This document shows positions 36,016-45,547 of a stretch of DNA of 64,000 nt, piece by piece (positions within the stretch are counted from its first letter, which is position 1; each line of letters starts with the position of its first letter). This DNA comes from Gemmatimonadota bacterium. Lineage in GTDB: Bacteria > Gemmatimonadota > Gemmatimonadetes > Longimicrobiales > Gaopeijiaceae. The translations under genes were made by a program, and so were the position numbers. The DNA is taken from assembly GCA_022822425.1 (NCBI GenBank), contig JAJEBS010000004.1, positions 5,501 through 69,500 on the forward strand, written 5' to 3'. The notes beneath the pieces are model-generated. The model was not told the DNA's origin, did not search any database, and saw only the letters and a list, made by a program, of their open reading frames with translations.

Positions 36016-36606
36016 CTAGACCGGGGTCGATGGCATCTCGGCGTCGGCCAGCTCCCTGCGGGCGGCGAGGAGTTCGCTGGCGGGAAACACGGTTGTCACC
36101 GCATGGCCTTGCGCTTCGATGCGCTCCCTGGCTCCTTCCTCGCGATCAACCAGCGCGAGGACGGCGAGAACCCGGGCGCCGTGGTCCTCAACCGCCCGGA
36201 TGGCCTTTAGGGTGCTCCGGCCGGTCGTCATGGCATCCTCGATGACCACCACGCGCGCATCCGTCGGAAGCCCGCCCTCGACCCTGCGCCGGGTGCCGTA
36301 CTCCTTCGCGTCCTTGCGGACGGAAAACGCGTCCATGGGCCGGCGCTCCTCCCAGCTCTGACGCGCGATGGCGTAGGCGATCGGGTCGGCGCCCATCGTC
36401 AGACCGCCGACGTGTGTGGGATCCAGACCGGCGTGCCGCAGGTAACTCAGGCATACCCGGCCGACGAGCGCCTGTCCCTCGGCGGTCATCGTCGTCGCTC
36501 GCGCGTCCACGTAGTAGGTCGAGCGGGTGCCGCTGGCGAGCGTGAAGCGGCCAACCCGGAGAGACCGCTCGATAAGAAGGGCAAGCAGGCGGTCGCGGGT
36601 GTCCAT
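36016..36606 (-). CDS. pyrE: orotate phosphoribosyltransferase
   Basis: GRFTLASGTRSTYYVD and the PRPP-binding motif RVVVIEDAMTTGRSTLKAI. Confidence 0.88.
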   Translation of the reverse strand: MDTRDRLLALLIERSLRVGRFTLASGTRSTYYVDARATTMTAEGQALVGRVCLSYLRHAGLDPTHVGGLTMGADPIAYAIARQSWEERRPMDAFSVRKDAKEYGTRRRVEGGLPTDARVVVIEDAMTTGRSTLKAIRAVEDHGARVLAVLALVDREEGARERIEAQGHAVTTVFPASELLAARRELADAEMPSTPV

Positions 36607-36614
36607 GCGGCTCC

Positions 36615-37751
36615 TTGGCGCGGAAGGCCCGGGGAATGGATCGTGTGCCCCGCGCCCGCGGCGGTGGGGCAGCAGGACGGATGGCGGGCAGCGCCGTATA
36701 TTGGTGCTGCCGGTTCGGCATCGTCAAATCAGCGAAGGAGCTGACGAAGGTATCGGTTGTGACGAGAAAGCTTGGAGGTCCATGGGTTTGGGCGGCGATG
36801 GCGACGGCCGCGGTATCCGCGTGCGCGGAAAACGGCGTGGAGCCACCCATGCTGCGCTTTGGCCAGTTGGGCCAGCTGGTCGTAGAGGTTGTGACTCCAC
36901 AGCAGCTTCTCCCGTCGCCCGGCAGGGGAGAACTGCGTCAGACGCTGACGTGGCGGTCGACCGGTGCCTGGCAGCTTTTCGAGTCGATCGCCTACCGGGG
37001 GGTGGTAGGCAGCGAGACCACCACGCGGAGTCCCGGGCCGGCGTTCACCGCATCCTACGCCACCCTGGTCACCCAGATCCACGGCGCGGCCGGCCTGGAT
37101 CTGTTCATCGAGGATCTCGATCCGAACCTGAACCCGCCATGTGACGACGAAGCCCGCGTCACCCTTCGCATCCAGGATGAAATCCGGGGCGAGGAGAGAA
37201 GCTGGACCCGTTGTGCCAGGGGTCCTCTCGGATCACTGAATCCCGCCGGGTCGGGGCCCGACATACACGCCAGTCGAGTGATCCAGGTGTCCAGGCTCGT
37301 GCACGACCGCACCCTTGGAGATTCCACGACCAGCGTCTACCACCAGAGCATACCGTTCGCGACCCTCGACCAGGGGGCGAAGCCCGGTGAGCGGGCACTG
37401 GTCTCACAGGTGTTCTTCGGAGGGCCGGACGAGGACGATGCACCTGCCGGGTGGGGGGACTTCTGGCGACGGCACGCCGGTGGCGCTTCCCTGCCCGACA
37501 TCGACTGGAAGGCGGATATGGTGGTGGTCGCGGCGGATGGCGCCCGCCAGGAGGCGGGGAGCATCCTCGAGATCAGGGGAATCGTTGCCACGGAGGGTGC
37601 GATCATTCAACTCGTGGAGCTCGCCCCCGGTGATTTCTGTTCGCCCGCGGCGGTGGTGGAGACGCCTTTCCACCTCGTCGTCGCGCCACGGACGGGGTCG
37701 GCGATTCAATTCAGCGAAGTTGCGCTGGAGCGGGTGCCCTGTGGGCTGTGA
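36615..37751 (+). CDS. hypothetical secreted protein or lipoprotein
   Basis: Likely real start is GTG 36759 (GAAGG 9 nt upstream), giving VTRKLGGPWVWAAMATAAVSAC (lipobox-like). No recognisable domain. Confidence 0.5.
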   Translation: MARKARGMDRVPRARGGGAAGRMAGSAVYWCCRFGIVKSAKELTKVSVVTRKLGGPWVWAAMATAAVSACAENGVEPPMLRFGQLGQLVVEVVTPQQLLPSPGRGELRQTLTWRSTGAWQLFESIAYRGVVGSETTTRSPGPAFTASYATLVTQIHGAAGLDLFIEDLDPNLNPPCDDEARVTLRIQDEIRGEERSWTRCARGPLGSLNPAGSGPDIHASRVIQVSRLVHDRTLGDSTTSVYHQSIPFATLDQGAKPGERALVSQVFFGGPDEDDAPAGWGDFWRRHAGGASLPDIDWKADMVVVAADGARQEAGSILEIRGIVATEGAIIQLVELAPGDFCSPAAVVETPFHLVVAPRTGSAIQFSEVALERVPCGL

Positions 37752-37827
37752 ACCGGAGCCGTCGGCCGGGCGAAACCGGAGAGTGTGCTCCTGAGCCGGA
37801 GTCCAACCGCAAACGGAGATCGCGAGA

Positions 37828-39342
37828 GTGCCGCTTCGACGCCTGTACGTGCTGGTCCTGGTCGCCTTCGCGGTCATCTTCACCGCGACCAGCAGCTGGA
37901 TGGCATTCTCGGTCACCAACCGGGCGCTCGAGGACGAGCTGGACGACAAGCTGCAGGTCACCGCGGGCGTGGCGGCGGAAACCGGGCTGGACGCGACCAA
38001 TCTGCTTCTTCTCGGCCGCGGAGACGAAGAGACCTTCTTCTGGGGGGAGGCGTACGACCGCCTGCGCAGTCTGGTCGACCGCGGATATGTGGACGCTGCC
38101 TGGATCATTCGCCGCGAGAGTCCGGCCTTTCCCGGAGAGGACGCGGTGCCGGGGGGAGGAGGAACGATTGAACAGCCTCCCTCCTATACGGCCATCGTTT
38201 CGACCGAGTCGGCCGACTCCATTCCGATCATCGGGACCGAGGTCTTCATCTTTTCCGCCTACGACCTGAGCGGACTCTGGGAGAACGGATCGGCGACCTC
38301 GACTCCCTTCGAAGGAAGGGACGGTCGCCTCTACAAGTACGGTTTCGCACGGCTGGAGGAATCCGACGACGAATCCGACGTCGCCCTCGCCGTGCTCATG
38401 CGGGCGGACTACCTCGCTCCCCTGGCCAGGCTGCGGAGGTCGGTCCTCCTCGCTTCCGCGATCACGGTCGTGCTCTCGGTTCTCGTCGCCATCGGCCTGG
38501 CCGCCCGCATCGCCAAGCCTCTGGAGCGGCTCAGCAGGGTGGCGCTTCGCATCCAGCGGGGCCGCATCACGCGGTCGATCGAGGTGGAGGCGGGCGTCGA
38601 GATCGGCCGGCTCTCGCGGGCGATGGAGCGCATGCGCCTGGGAATCATCCAACGCGACGAGCAGCTCCGGCTGATGCTCGCTCAGGTGGCTCACGAGATC
38701 CGGAATCCTCTGGGCGGGCTCAAGCTCTTCTCGGCCATTGCGGCGGACAGCGCCGATCCGCAGGAACGGGCCCAGCTCTTCCGCAAGATCCAGGCGGAAG
38801 TGGATGCCCTCAACGGCATCATCACCGACTTTCTAGTGTACGCCCGCCCCCGGGCGCCGCAGCCGACCCTGCACGACATCCGGGCTCCGCTCAGGGAGGC
38901 GGCCGAGCTGGTCGCGACCGAACTCCAGTCGCGGGGAGGCAGCCTCGAGGTCGAGCTGCCGGATGCCCAGCTGGAGGTCGTGGCGGATTCCGGGCAGGTC
39001 AAGCGCATGGTGCTGAACCTGTTGCGCAACGCGGCCGAAGCCGGTGACCGGGTTTGGCTCAAGGGTACGTTCAGCAACGGCGAAGTCATCGTATCCGTGC
39101 GCGACAACGGGCCAGGCGTACCGGAACCATTGCGGGGACGAATCTTCCAGCCCTTCGTCACCAGCAAGGAAAGGGGCGCGGGCCTGGGGCTCGCGATCGT
39201 GGCCGGCGTGGCACGGGCCCACGACGGCAGGGTCGAACTGGTCTCGGGCGACGGCGCTGCTGGGAATGGCGCGGAGTTCCGTCTATATTTGCCCGGCTCG
39301 GAGGTGTTCCCGGTCGCGCGAAGCGAAGCGAATGGCCGCTAG
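37828..39342 (+). CDS. sensor histidine kinase (two TM segments, periplasmic domain, HAMP, HisKA, HATPase_c)
   Basis: H-box LAQVAHEIRNPLGGL, N-box LLRNAAEA, G-boxes DNGPGV / GAGLGLAIV. Confidence 0.88.
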   Translation: MPLRRLYVLVLVAFAVIFTATSSWMAFSVTNRALEDELDDKLQVTAGVAAETGLDATNLLLLGRGDEETFFWGEAYDRLRSLVDRGYVDAAWIIRRESPAFPGEDAVPGGGGTIEQPPSYTAIVSTESADSIPIIGTEVFIFSAYDLSGLWENGSATSTPFEGRDGRLYKYGFARLEESDDESDVALAVLMRADYLAPLARLRRSVLLASAITVVLSVLVAIGLAARIAKPLERLSRVALRIQRGRITRSIEVEAGVEIGRLSRAMERMRLGIIQRDEQLRLMLAQVAHEIRNPLGGLKLFSAIAADSADPQERAQLFRKIQAEVDALNGIITDFLVYARPRAPQPTLHDIRAPLREAAELVATELQSRGGSLEVELPDAQLEVVADSGQVKRMVLNLLRNAAEAGDRVWLKGTFSNGEVIVSVRDNGPGVPEPLRGRIFQPFVTSKERGAGLGLAIVAGVARAHDGRVELVSGDGAAGNGAEFRLYLPGSEVFPVARSEANGR

Positions 39343-39489
39343 CGCCGGCGCCCGTCAAGAGCGGGCCGCCGGCTGGCCCGGGGATCGAGCGGCGCGCGCA
39401 TCCCGGGCTGCAGGGCATGCGCGTCTCCGGCCTCCGTCCCGTGCCGGCCTTCCTTCCACCGCCCCCAGCGGGCCCGTCCATCTGGTGCC

Positions 39490-40878
39490 ATGGCGCGAGT
39501 GCTGATTATCGACGATCACGATGCCATCCGCGAAGGCCTCGAGCTGCTCCTGCGCAAGCACGGCCACCGGACCTATTCGGCGGAGAATGGCAGGCAGGGC
39601 CTGGATATCCTCAGCGAGCATGGCGCCGAGCTGGTCGTCACCGACCTCAGAATGGCGGGCATGGACGGCATCGAGGTGCTCCGCCAGGTGCGGGCGCAGG
39701 CCCCGGAGACCGATGTGATGATGATCACGGCTTTCGGCACCGTGGACAGGGCCGTGGAGGCGATGAAGCTGGGGGCGGTCGACTTCATCACCAAACCGTT
39801 TTCTCCCGAGGAGTTCGCGGTCAAGGTGGGCCGCCTGCTGCGCGAGCGGGAAGAGCGCGACGAACTGCGCCGGGAGAACGTGGCGCTGCGGATCGAGAAC
39901 ACTTCGCTGAAGGAGCAGACGGAGACCCGCTACGGGCAGATCATCGGCGAAGCTCCCGCGATGAAGAGGGTGTACAACTGGATCGGCCGGGTGGCTCCCA
40001 GCGAGTCGACGGTCATGATCTACGGAGAGTCCGGCACGGGCAAGGAGCTCGTAGCCCGCGCCATTCACGCCAGCTCATCGCGCCGGGACGGGCCTTTCGT
40101 GCGCGTGAACTGCGGAGCCCTCGCCGAGAGCCTGCTGGACTCCGAGCTGTTCGGGCACGAGAAGGGCGCGTTTACGGGCGCGGACCGAAGGCGGCGGGGG
40201 CGCTTCGAGCTCGCGGACGGCGGGACCATCTTTCTCGACGAGATCGCCACGATCTCCACCATGACCCAGGTCAGGCTCCTGCGCGTGATCCAGGAACGGG
40301 AGCTCGAGCGCGTGGGGGGAGAGAAGACGATTCCCGTGGATGTGCGCATCATTGCGGCAACCAACACTCCCGCGGAGGAGCTCCTGGCCGGCGAGGACTT
40401 TCGCAAGGACCTCTTCTACCGCCTGCATGTGGTTCCGATCGTGCTGCCGCCGCTGAGGAACCGTGTCGAGGACATCCCGTTGCTGGTGGACCACTTCATC
40501 GCAAAGCTGCGCAAACGCACCAACTCCGGGGTCGGCGGGGTCGAGACGAAGGCGATGGACAGGCTGAGCAGCTACGCGTGGCCGGGCAATGTTCGCGAGC
40601 TCGAGAACGTGATCGAACGGGCGCTCCTGCTTGCGGACGGTCCCACGATCGATGCCGGGGATCTGCCTGCAATGAAAGCCGGGGACCTCGTGCCGCGGGC
40701 GGACGACCTGCCCGAGGGCGGAAAGAACCTGAACGAGGTGGTCGAGGGTATTGAGGAGAGGCTCCTCAGGCAGGCTCTCGAGCGGGCGGGGGGAGTCAAG
40801 GCGGAGGCTGCCAGACTGCTGGGACTGAAGTCGAGCGCCTTCTACTACAAGCTCGAGAAATACGGCATCGACGCGTAA
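39490..40878 (+). CDS. sigma-54-dependent response regulator (NtrC family)
   Basis: Receiver (VLIIDDHDAIR...DLRMAGMDG), AAA+ (GESGTGKELVARAIH, GAFTGA, ESELFGHEKGAFTGA-like), C-terminal Fis-type HTH. Confidence 0.92.
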   Translation: MARVLIIDDHDAIREGLELLLRKHGHRTYSAENGRQGLDILSEHGAELVVTDLRMAGMDGIEVLRQVRAQAPETDVMMITAFGTVDRAVEAMKLGAVDFITKPFSPEEFAVKVGRLLREREERDELRRENVALRIENTSLKEQTETRYGQIIGEAPAMKRVYNWIGRVAPSESTVMIYGESGTGKELVARAIHASSSRRDGPFVRVNCGALAESLLDSELFGHEKGAFTGADRRRRGRFELADGGTIFLDEIATISTMTQVRLLRVIQERELERVGGEKTIPVDVRIIAATNTPAEELLAGEDFRKDLFYRLHVVPIVLPPLRNRVEDIPLLVDHFIAKLRKRTNSGVGGVETKAMDRLSSYAWPGNVRELENVIERALLLADGPTIDAGDLPAMKAGDLVPRADDLPEGGKNLNEVVEGIEERLLRQALERAGGVKAEAARLLGLKSSAFYYKLEKYGIDA

Positions 40879-40891
40879 ACCGAGGCAGGTC

Positions 40892-41782
40892 ATGGCCTCA
40901 TCGGCCGCACAGGGCAGGGGACGGAAGCCGGCGGGCCTGCTCCGCCTGCTGGCCCTGGCCGCGGGTCTGTGCGCGGTGCTTCCCTCCGCGGCGGAATCGC
41001 AGGATGTGGAACAGTCCGCCTATCGCGCGGCGGAGAGCGCCTACAACGCCGCCCTGCGCGCCCGCGATCTCGAGCGCGACCTTCTCGACGACGCTCTCGA
41101 CGAGGTGACCGAGTCTCGACAGTCCGGCGATCAGGCCCGGTACGAGCGTGCCCTGGCCATCTATCAGGAGCAGGCGCGGGAGCTGGAACAGAGCAACAGG
41201 GATCTCGACGACGCCGCGGGCCAGCTGGAACAGGCCCGGCGCTCCTACCTGTCGAGCCTACTGGACGAGCTGGACGAGTTGGTCGAGGAGCTGCCACAGG
41301 CCCCCGATGCGCGCGGGCGAGACCTCATCGGTCGCCGGATCGCCCTCCTGAACGACGCCGCCGACCGGCTTGAACGCCCCATCGAGATCAACGACGATCC
41401 GTTCCCGGAAATCAACATCGACCCCGGCGACACCCGGGACGAAATCCGGGCCAAGGCCGACCTGCTGGAGCGGTATGCGAGACGCTATGACCTGCTGTTG
41501 CTCGACATCGATGCCCAGATCGACTTGCTCGAGCAGCGGCAGCGTCATGCGCGCATGGTGCGGGATTTCGGAGCGGATCTCTCCCGCTTCGGCGACCTTC
41601 GTGTGCCCGTGGGACCAGACGCGACATCCGACAATGCGGAGGACCTGATCGGCAGCGAGGAGTTGCCGCAGCGCCTCGAGGAACTGCAACAGTCCAGGGA
41701 GTTCGTGATCGAGAGACGAGACATCGCCAGGCTGCGAGCGGAGGAGTTTCGCCAGCGCATCGGGGGCGAGCACACCGCATGA
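40892..41782 (+). CDS. hypothetical secreted coiled-coil protein
   Basis: Signal peptide (LLRLLALAAGLCAVLPSAAESQ), then a highly charged helical sequence rich in E/R/D/L. Lies 14 nt downstream of the response regulator. Confidence 0.5.
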   Translation: MASSAAQGRGRKPAGLLRLLALAAGLCAVLPSAAESQDVEQSAYRAAESAYNAALRARDLERDLLDDALDEVTESRQSGDQARYERALAIYQEQARELEQSNRDLDDAAGQLEQARRSYLSSLLDELDELVEELPQAPDARGRDLIGRRIALLNDAADRLERPIEINDDPFPEINIDPGDTRDEIRAKADLLERYARRYDLLLLDIDAQIDLLEQRQRHARMVRDFGADLSRFGDLRVPVGPDATSDNAEDLIGSEELPQRLEELQQSREFVIERRDIARLRAEEFRQRIGGEHTA

Positions 41783-42933
41783 GCTGCTCCACGCGGATCG
41801 CGACCCTCGTCGTCCTCATGGGTACCGGATGGGGTGCGACGCTCTCCGCCCAGGCGCGCGTGACGGACCTGGTCTTTACCGGCGGGACGCATGTGGAACG
41901 GTATGGCGGAGGAATTCCGTCCGTGACGCTTGCCGTGGTCGACAGCGTAGATCAGGCCTGGGCGACGAGCGCCGAACTGGGGGTCCGAGCCGTTCTGAAC
42001 TCGAACGCCAACGGGTTCGACGGCCTCACCGTCACACTGGATGGCGGTGTCCGGCAGTTCGACGCGTACGGCTTCAAGCTGCGCGACTATGCGCCCCGTG
42101 TTTCGAGCGGGGTGCTCGACGCCGTGTTCCGCACAACGACGAACCACGGCGTCCTGCAGTTCAACGGGCGGGCAGGAGGCCGCGATGTGGCTGACCGCAC
42201 GCCCACTCCCCTGTTCCTGGAGCCGGGTTACACGAACTACGAAGGGTCGGCGCTCTTCCAGACACGGGAAATAGGCGGGACCTACTGGGATGTGAGCGTC
42301 GAGGGCGGCCGGGCCGACTACAACGCCCAGGAAATCGTGCCGCAACTCGATCTGCTCGACCGCAACAGGATCGGGTTCGAACTGGGTGCCGCGCAGGCAC
42401 GGATGTGGAACGCGGCGCGGTTGACGATGCGTTTCTACGGATCGTTCACCGAATTCCGGTATCCGAAACAGGGCACTCGCTATGAACCTGATCCCTTCCG
42501 CCGGGACCAGGCCTATCAGCTGGGTGCGCTGTGGCGGTATGACGGGCTGGAATCTTCGGATGGGTTCGAGTCGCCGGGGGTCACCGCGGAGGTCGGCATC
42601 CGGGGCACGATCAACAGATCCAATGCGAGCCGGACCGAATACAACGCCGTCTCGGTAAACACCGTCGTGTCGATACCCTTGCCCTCGGACATGAGGGCCC
42701 ATATCACGGCGGTGCTTACCGCGAAGGACTACCTGACCGAAACGGAGTTCATCCGCCTGATTCCGGGCGAAGAGGCGGACAATGCGTCGCGGGTGTACGT
42801 AGGCGTCAGCCGGCAACTCACCGACGCCGTCGACGGCCGCTTCCGAATCGGCTGGACCCGGGCGGAGACGGAGATCGGCGACGCCTATTTCGAGCGCTAC
42901 AGCGGATCGCTGCTCTTCAGCTACCGGCCCTGA
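41779..42933 (+). CDS. hypothetical outer-membrane beta-barrel-like protein
   Basis: ATGA overlap with the upstream gene. Signal peptide ...ATLSAQA. Alternating beta-strand pattern. Ends ...GSLLFSYRP. Confidence 0.45.
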   Translation: MSCSTRIATLVVLMGTGWGATLSAQARVTDLVFTGGTHVERYGGGIPSVTLAVVDSVDQAWATSAELGVRAVLNSNANGFDGLTVTLDGGVRQFDAYGFKLRDYAPRVSSGVLDAVFRTTTNHGVLQFNGRAGGRDVADRTPTPLFLEPGYTNYEGSALFQTREIGGTYWDVSVEGGRADYNAQEIVPQLDLLDRNRIGFELGAAQARMWNAARLTMRFYGSFTEFRYPKQGTRYEPDPFRRDQAYQLGALWRYDGLESSDGFESPGVTAEVGIRGTINRSNASRTEYNAVSVNTVVSIPLPSDMRAHITAVLTAKDYLTETEFIRLIPGEEADNASRVYVGVSRQLTDAVDGRFRIGWTRAETEIGDAYFERYSGSLLFSYRP

Positions 42934-42957
42934 AGGACGCGCAGGCCCGGATACGAC

Positions 42958-42990
42958 GAGGCCCCGGAGGCAGTTGGCCTCCGGGGCCTC
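42958..42990. terminator. perfect 14-bp GC-rich hairpin between convergent units (candidate bidirectional terminator)
   Basis: gaggccccggaggc-agttg-gcctccggggcctc. No clear U-tract on either strand. Confidence 0.45.
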
Positions 42991-43026
42991 GCGGGCGCCC
43001 GTATCAGCCTCGGAAGATTTCTCCAA

Positions 43027-43099
<73 letters not shown>

Positions 43100-43146
43100 A
43101 GACCGCCTGCAGTAGCCTGCAACCGTACCCCAAGGCCGTCAGCGTG

Positions 43147-43695
43147 TCAAGTTGCGCGCCCGGCGGCCTCGAAAACGCCGTGCAGCGCGGGACCAATGTC
43201 GTGCGCCAGGTCCCACATCTCCTGAAATCGCGCTCGCACGCGGTCGGCCTCCCCGCCCCTGTGCACCACGGCGAGCGCCGGCCCGCGCGAGGGGTAGGGG
43301 ATCTGGAACCAGTGGACGCCCAGGAGCAGATCGCAGCGTCCCTGCGGATCGACGAAGACGGAGAAGTTGGGCGCCCAGTCGAAGAGGGGCGCGCAGCGGA
43401 CCCGGAGGCGCTCTTCGGCGAGCAGGCGCACGACGACGCGCAGATTGTGGCTGCGTTGGGGATCGGCCAGGATCGCCTCGGCCTCGAATTTGAGCGTTGC
43501 CGCATTGATCTCGGTGGTGAGGACGCGCAGCTCTTCCACGGAGTCCAGGTCCTGGTAGGCGAGATCGATGCCGGAGAGCCGGATCCGATCGACGGCCGCA
43601 TCGACGTGCCGGGCCTCGCGGACGAGGTCGGCGTAGACCGTCCGGAGGCTCCGGCGAGACCGGTCGTGGATCAGCTTGCTGTGCGTCGGCGGCAT
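43147..43695 (-). CDS. hypothetical protein (no confident family assignment)
   Basis: Clean 182-aa ORF with its stop about 50 nt from tRNA-Asn. It has only a weak resemblance to catalytically degenerate PLD-like folds (VDAAVDRIRLSGIDL...LRVLT...). No HKD motif. Confidence 0.45.
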   Translation of the reverse strand: MPPTHSKLIHDRSRRSLRTVYADLVREARHVDAAVDRIRLSGIDLAYQDLDSVEELRVLTTEINAATLKFEAEAILADPQRSHNLRVVVRLLAEERLRVRCAPLFDWAPNFSVFVDPQGRCDLLLGVHWFQIPYPSRGPALAVVHRGGEADRVRARFQEMWDLAHDIGPALHGVFEAAGRAT

Positions 43696-43890
43696 GGTAC
43701 AAGCAAGCGGAAGACCCCGGGCGAAGGAATGGCGGGATGGGACGACGGCGCGAATTACGGACGACGGTTGCCCTCGATTGCGGAATGGGCGATCTCACTA
43801 GCAGTCCGGGGAGGAATCCGTGCGTCCCGCGGACGGCGAATGCGGCGGACTGCCGGATCACAACAACACGCCGACGGAGGCCGGTTTCCG

Positions 43891-45486
43891 ATGTCCCGTC
43901 CCACCCAGCGCCGACTCGTTGCGTTACTCCTGCTGCTGCCGGCGGCCGCCTGCGGCATTCCCGAGCCGCAGGACGGCCCGCGCCTGATGGTGATGCTGGT
44001 CGTGGATCAGCTCATCCCCGAACAGCTCGAGCGCTACGGCGAACACTACTCGGGCGGGCTTCGCAGGCTGCTGGATGAAGGCCACCGCTTCGACAACGCC
44101 GCTCACGACCATGGCGTGACCGAGACCGCGGCGGGGCATGCGACGATTTCGACGGGCGTCTACCCGAAGACGCACGGGATCGTGGCCAACGACTGGTACG
44201 AGTTCGACGCGGCCGGAGAAGCGAGACTCGTCTACGCGGTCGCCGACAGCCTGTCCCCCATCGTCGGCATCCCCGAACGGTCGGGTCGCTCGCCCCGCAA
44301 CCTCGAGCGCGGGGGCATGGCCGACTGGGTTCTGGGCGCGGACTCCGGGGCGCACGTGGTGTCGGTGTCGAAGAAAGACCGGGCCGCGGTCACGATGGCG
44401 GCAAGGGCGCCGGGCCATGTTTACTGGCTCGACGCCGAAGAGGGACGGTACGTGACCTCGACCTGGTACCGGCAGGCGCTGCCCGGCTGGGTTGAGGACT
44501 TCAACCGGGAGGCGCGGACGCGGTTTCTGTCCGACTCGGTGTGGTACAGCACCATCCCCGCGGGCCTGGAGCAGGTCGTGCCGCGAGGGGACCCGGCGCC
44601 GTACGAGGCCGATGGAATCCACACGACCTTTCCGCATCGATTCGAGGACGAGGAAGACGGATCGTCGCCATCGGATTTCAACGAATGGATCGCCGAGAGG
44701 CCCATGGTGGACGTCGCAACGATTGAACTCGCGATGACCGCGGTGCGCGAGCTGGGCATGGGCGACGACGACATCGTGGACTACCTGGGCGTGTCGCTTT
44801 CGCAGGTGGACTACGTGGGCCACCGCTACGGGCCGCTCAGCGTGGAGCAGTTCGACACGCTCCTTCGCCTCGACCGGCTGCTCGGCGAGTTCTTCGCCTT
44901 CCTGGACGGCGAGATCGGCTCAGGCGGATGGGTGCTGGGGTTCAGTTCGGACCACGGCGTCCAGCCGGTCCCCGAATACCTGCTGGAGCTCGGGCAGCCG
45001 GGAGGCCGCGTCGGAGGCAGGGACTTCCGGGCCGCCGCCCAGCTCGTGCGGGACGCGCTCCCGGACGCGGCGGGCGCCACGTCGGGCCCGGAGCAGGAGC
45101 GGGTCGCGGAGGTGCTCGAGGAACTGGACTTCGTCGCCGACGCCGTCACCGACGCGGAACTCGCCGGCCCACCTTCCGCGGATTCGCTGATCCGGCTGCA
45201 GCAGAACTCCTACTTCGCCGGGCGCATGCCCGGGCCCCTGCACCGCTACGGCGTCCACCTGGAAATCCGGCTCACCCACGGCACGGTGGAATACACCGGG
45301 GGCGGGACCAACCACGGATCGCCGTACTGGCACGACCGACACGTGCCCCTGATCTTCCTGGGGGCGGGGGTGCAGCCGGGGCGCTCGGACCTGCGCGTGC
45401 GCACCGTGGACGTGGCGCCCACCCTGGCCGCGCTCGCGGGCATCGCCGTGCCGACGGACCTCGCGGGGCGGGATCTGTTTCGCTAG
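43891..45486 (+). CDS. alkaline-phosphatase-family (PafA/NPP-like) phosphoesterase lipoprotein
   Basis: The ATG at 43891 is preceded by GGAGG. Lipobox LLLLPAAAC. VVDQLIPEQLERYG, HGVTETAAGHATISTGVYPKTHGIVANDWY, VDYVGHRYGP, SSDHG. The 5' part of ORF 43144.. is antisense to 43147..43695 and was trimmed. Confidence 0.82.
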   Translation: MSRPTQRRLVALLLLLPAAACGIPEPQDGPRLMVMLVVDQLIPEQLERYGEHYSGGLRRLLDEGHRFDNAAHDHGVTETAAGHATISTGVYPKTHGIVANDWYEFDAAGEARLVYAVADSLSPIVGIPERSGRSPRNLERGGMADWVLGADSGAHVVSVSKKDRAAVTMAARAPGHVYWLDAEEGRYVTSTWYRQALPGWVEDFNREARTRFLSDSVWYSTIPAGLEQVVPRGDPAPYEADGIHTTFPHRFEDEEDGSSPSDFNEWIAERPMVDVATIELAMTAVRELGMGDDDIVDYLGVSLSQVDYVGHRYGPLSVEQFDTLLRLDRLLGEFFAFLDGEIGSGGWVLGFSSDHGVQPVPEYLLELGQPGGRVGGRDFRAAAQLVRDALPDAAGATSGPEQERVAEVLEELDFVADAVTDAELAGPPSADSLIRLQQNSYFAGRMPGPLHRYGVHLEIRLTHGTVEYTGGGTNHGSPYWHDRHVPLIFLGAGVQPGRSDLRVRTVDVAPTLAALAGIAVPTDLAGRDLFR

Positions 45487-45547
45487 CGGGGCCGACGCGT
45501 AACCCGTCGCGGCCGCCTGGCCCGCGCACCCCGGCAACGGGACTGGC

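Noticed and set aside
36661-36730. Sigma-54 type -24/-12 promoter (TGGTGC...GTTCGGCA) upstream of the lipoprotein/kinase genes
   Set aside because: Spacing and the -12 GC element do not fit TGGCAC-N5-TTGC.
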